A stretch of DNA of 22,428 nt from an uncultured Erysipelotrichaceae bacterium (GTDB lineage: Bacteria > Bacillota_I > Bacilli_A > Erysipelotrichales > Erysipelotrichaceae): positions 1 through 22,428 of the forward strand of contig CAYTET010000008.1 in NCBI GenBank assembly GCA_964436975.1. Reading direction: 5' to 3'. Below the pieces are notes generated by a model. The model did not search any database. It saw only the letters and a list, made by a program, of their open reading frames with translations, and was not told where the DNA came from. Shown here piece after piece: positions 21,576-22,428 of this stretch. Both the position numbers and the translations under genes were made by a program. Position 1 is the stretch's first letter; each line of letters opens with the position of its first letter.

Positions 21576-22428
21576 ATGGAAGATTATCTGGTGATGAAAG
21601 ACATCACTAAAGTTTACGATAACGGTATTATGGCCAATGATAAGCTGTGTTTCTCCGCCCGCAAGGGTGAGATACATGCCATCTGCGGTGAAAACGGTGC
21701 CGGCAAAAGTACGCTGATGTCAATGCTGTTCGGCATCGAGCAGCCCAATGAAGGAGATATTATCATCAAGGGTGAAAAGGTTAAACTGAGTTCACCGATG
21801 GACGCCATCAGCAAGGGCATAGGCATGGTTCACCAGCATTTTATGCTGGTGCCGTCTCTGACTGTTGCTGAAAACGTAATTTTAGGAATCGAGCCGACCA
21901 AAGGCTTGAAATTTGACAAGGAAAAAGCTATCCAGATGACAGCTGACGTTGCCAAAAAATATAATTTTGATATTAATCCGCGTTCCCGCGTTGAGGAGCT
22001 GCCTGTCGGCATTAAGCAGAAGGTAGAAATCATCAAGGCGCTGGTGCGCGGCTGCGATATATTGATTCTTGACGAACCGACGGCTGTTTTAACGCCGCAG
22101 GAGACCAAGGAGCTGTTTGAACAGCTGAAGAGCCTGCGCAAGGCCGGCCATACCATCATCTTTATTTCCCATAAGCTCAATGAAGTCAAGGAGCTGTGCG
22201 ACCGGGTCACCGTCATCAGACGGGGCAAGACCATCGGTGTTTATGATGTGGATAAAGTATCGGAAACGGATATTTCCCGTTATATGGTCGGTGTTGACGT
22301 CAGCTTGGAAATCGAAAAGAAAAAGGCCGAGCCCAAGGAAAATGTACTGGTGGTTGACAAACTGACCAGCTACAACGAAGCCGGCCGCAAGGCCCTGGAT
22401 GAAGTTTCATTCTCGGTGCGCAGCGGCG
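21576..22428 (+). CDS. ABC transporter ATP-binding protein, tandem-ATPase sugar/nucleoside type (3' end runs off the window)
   Basis: This ORF is absent from the ORF track because it has no stop codon. I translated it by hand from the ATG at 21576 (RBS AAGGGAG). Walker A GENGAGKST, degenerate signature LPVGIKQKVEIIKAL, and Walker B ILILDEPTAVL are present. The start of a second ATPase domain follows (VVDKLTSYNEAGRKALDEVSFSVRSG). Confidence 0.85.
   Translation, partial: MEDYLVMKDITKVYDNGIMANDKLCFSARKGEIHAICGENGAGKSTLMSMLFGIEQPNEGDIIIKGEKVKLSSPMDAISKGIGMVHQHFMLVPSLTVAENVILGIEPTKGLKFDKEKAIQMTADVAKKYNFDINPRSRVEELPVGIKQKVEIIKALVRGCDILILDEPTAVLTPQETKELFEQLKSLRKAGHTIIFISHKLNEVKELCDRVTVIRRGKTIGVYDVDKVSETDISRYMVGVDVSLEIEKKKAEPKENVLVVDKLTSYNEAGRKALDEVSFSVRSG

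Noticed and set aside
1-22428. A search for tRNA or rRNA genes, CRISPR repeats, IS elements or transposase and integrase genes, and long direct or inverted repeats
   Set aside because: None was found by eye. All ORFs over 200 aa have metabolic, transport or regulatory assignments. No repeat-spacer periodicity or terminal inverted repeats were seen.

Overview
The window reads as a Firmicutes-like accessory carbohydrate and phosphometabolite locus. Genes are tightly packed, almost all on the + strand, with strong AGGAGG-type ribosome-binding sites and lipoprotein substrate-binding proteins. From left to right:

- **1-4221:** a myo-inositol catabolic block, iolE (5'-truncated by the window edge), iolB, iolD and iolG, closed by a terminator.
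- **4331-8639:** an iron(III)/AfuABC-type ABC importer, consisting of a fused two-domain permease, an ATPase and a lipoprotein binding protein.
- **8716-11030:** a small operon encoding a 4-TM membrane protein, an MBL-fold hydrolase and a HAD hydrolase.
- **11041-12081 (- strand):** a divergent LacI-family regulator.
- **12323-18622:** an operon with four tandem paralogous HAD hydrolases, a 521-aa homologue of cofactor-independent phosphoglycerate mutase (iPGM), an MgtC/SapB-family protein and a divergent PfkB kinase.
- **18809-20196:** a frameshifted ADP-ribosylglycohydrolase-family gene.
- **20295-22428:** the start of a BMP/PnrA-type (nucleoside-like) ABC transporter.

The most unusual observations are these:

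- The iPGM homologue is circularly permuted. The canonical C-terminal ~290 residues come first and the canonical N-terminal ~210 residues come last.
- All five HAD paralogues carry a DxGxT motif I, so they lack the usual second (acid/base) Asp.
- AAACGTTT-core LacI-type palindromes lie in front of the transporter, inside the 3' end of the MBL gene, and in front of the HAD operon. This suggests a single regulon.

Together these look like an uncharacterised uptake and processing system for a phosphorylated substrate, sitting next to the inositol catabolism genes. The substrate cannot be determined from sequence alone. No rRNA, tRNA, CRISPR array or mobile element was seen.
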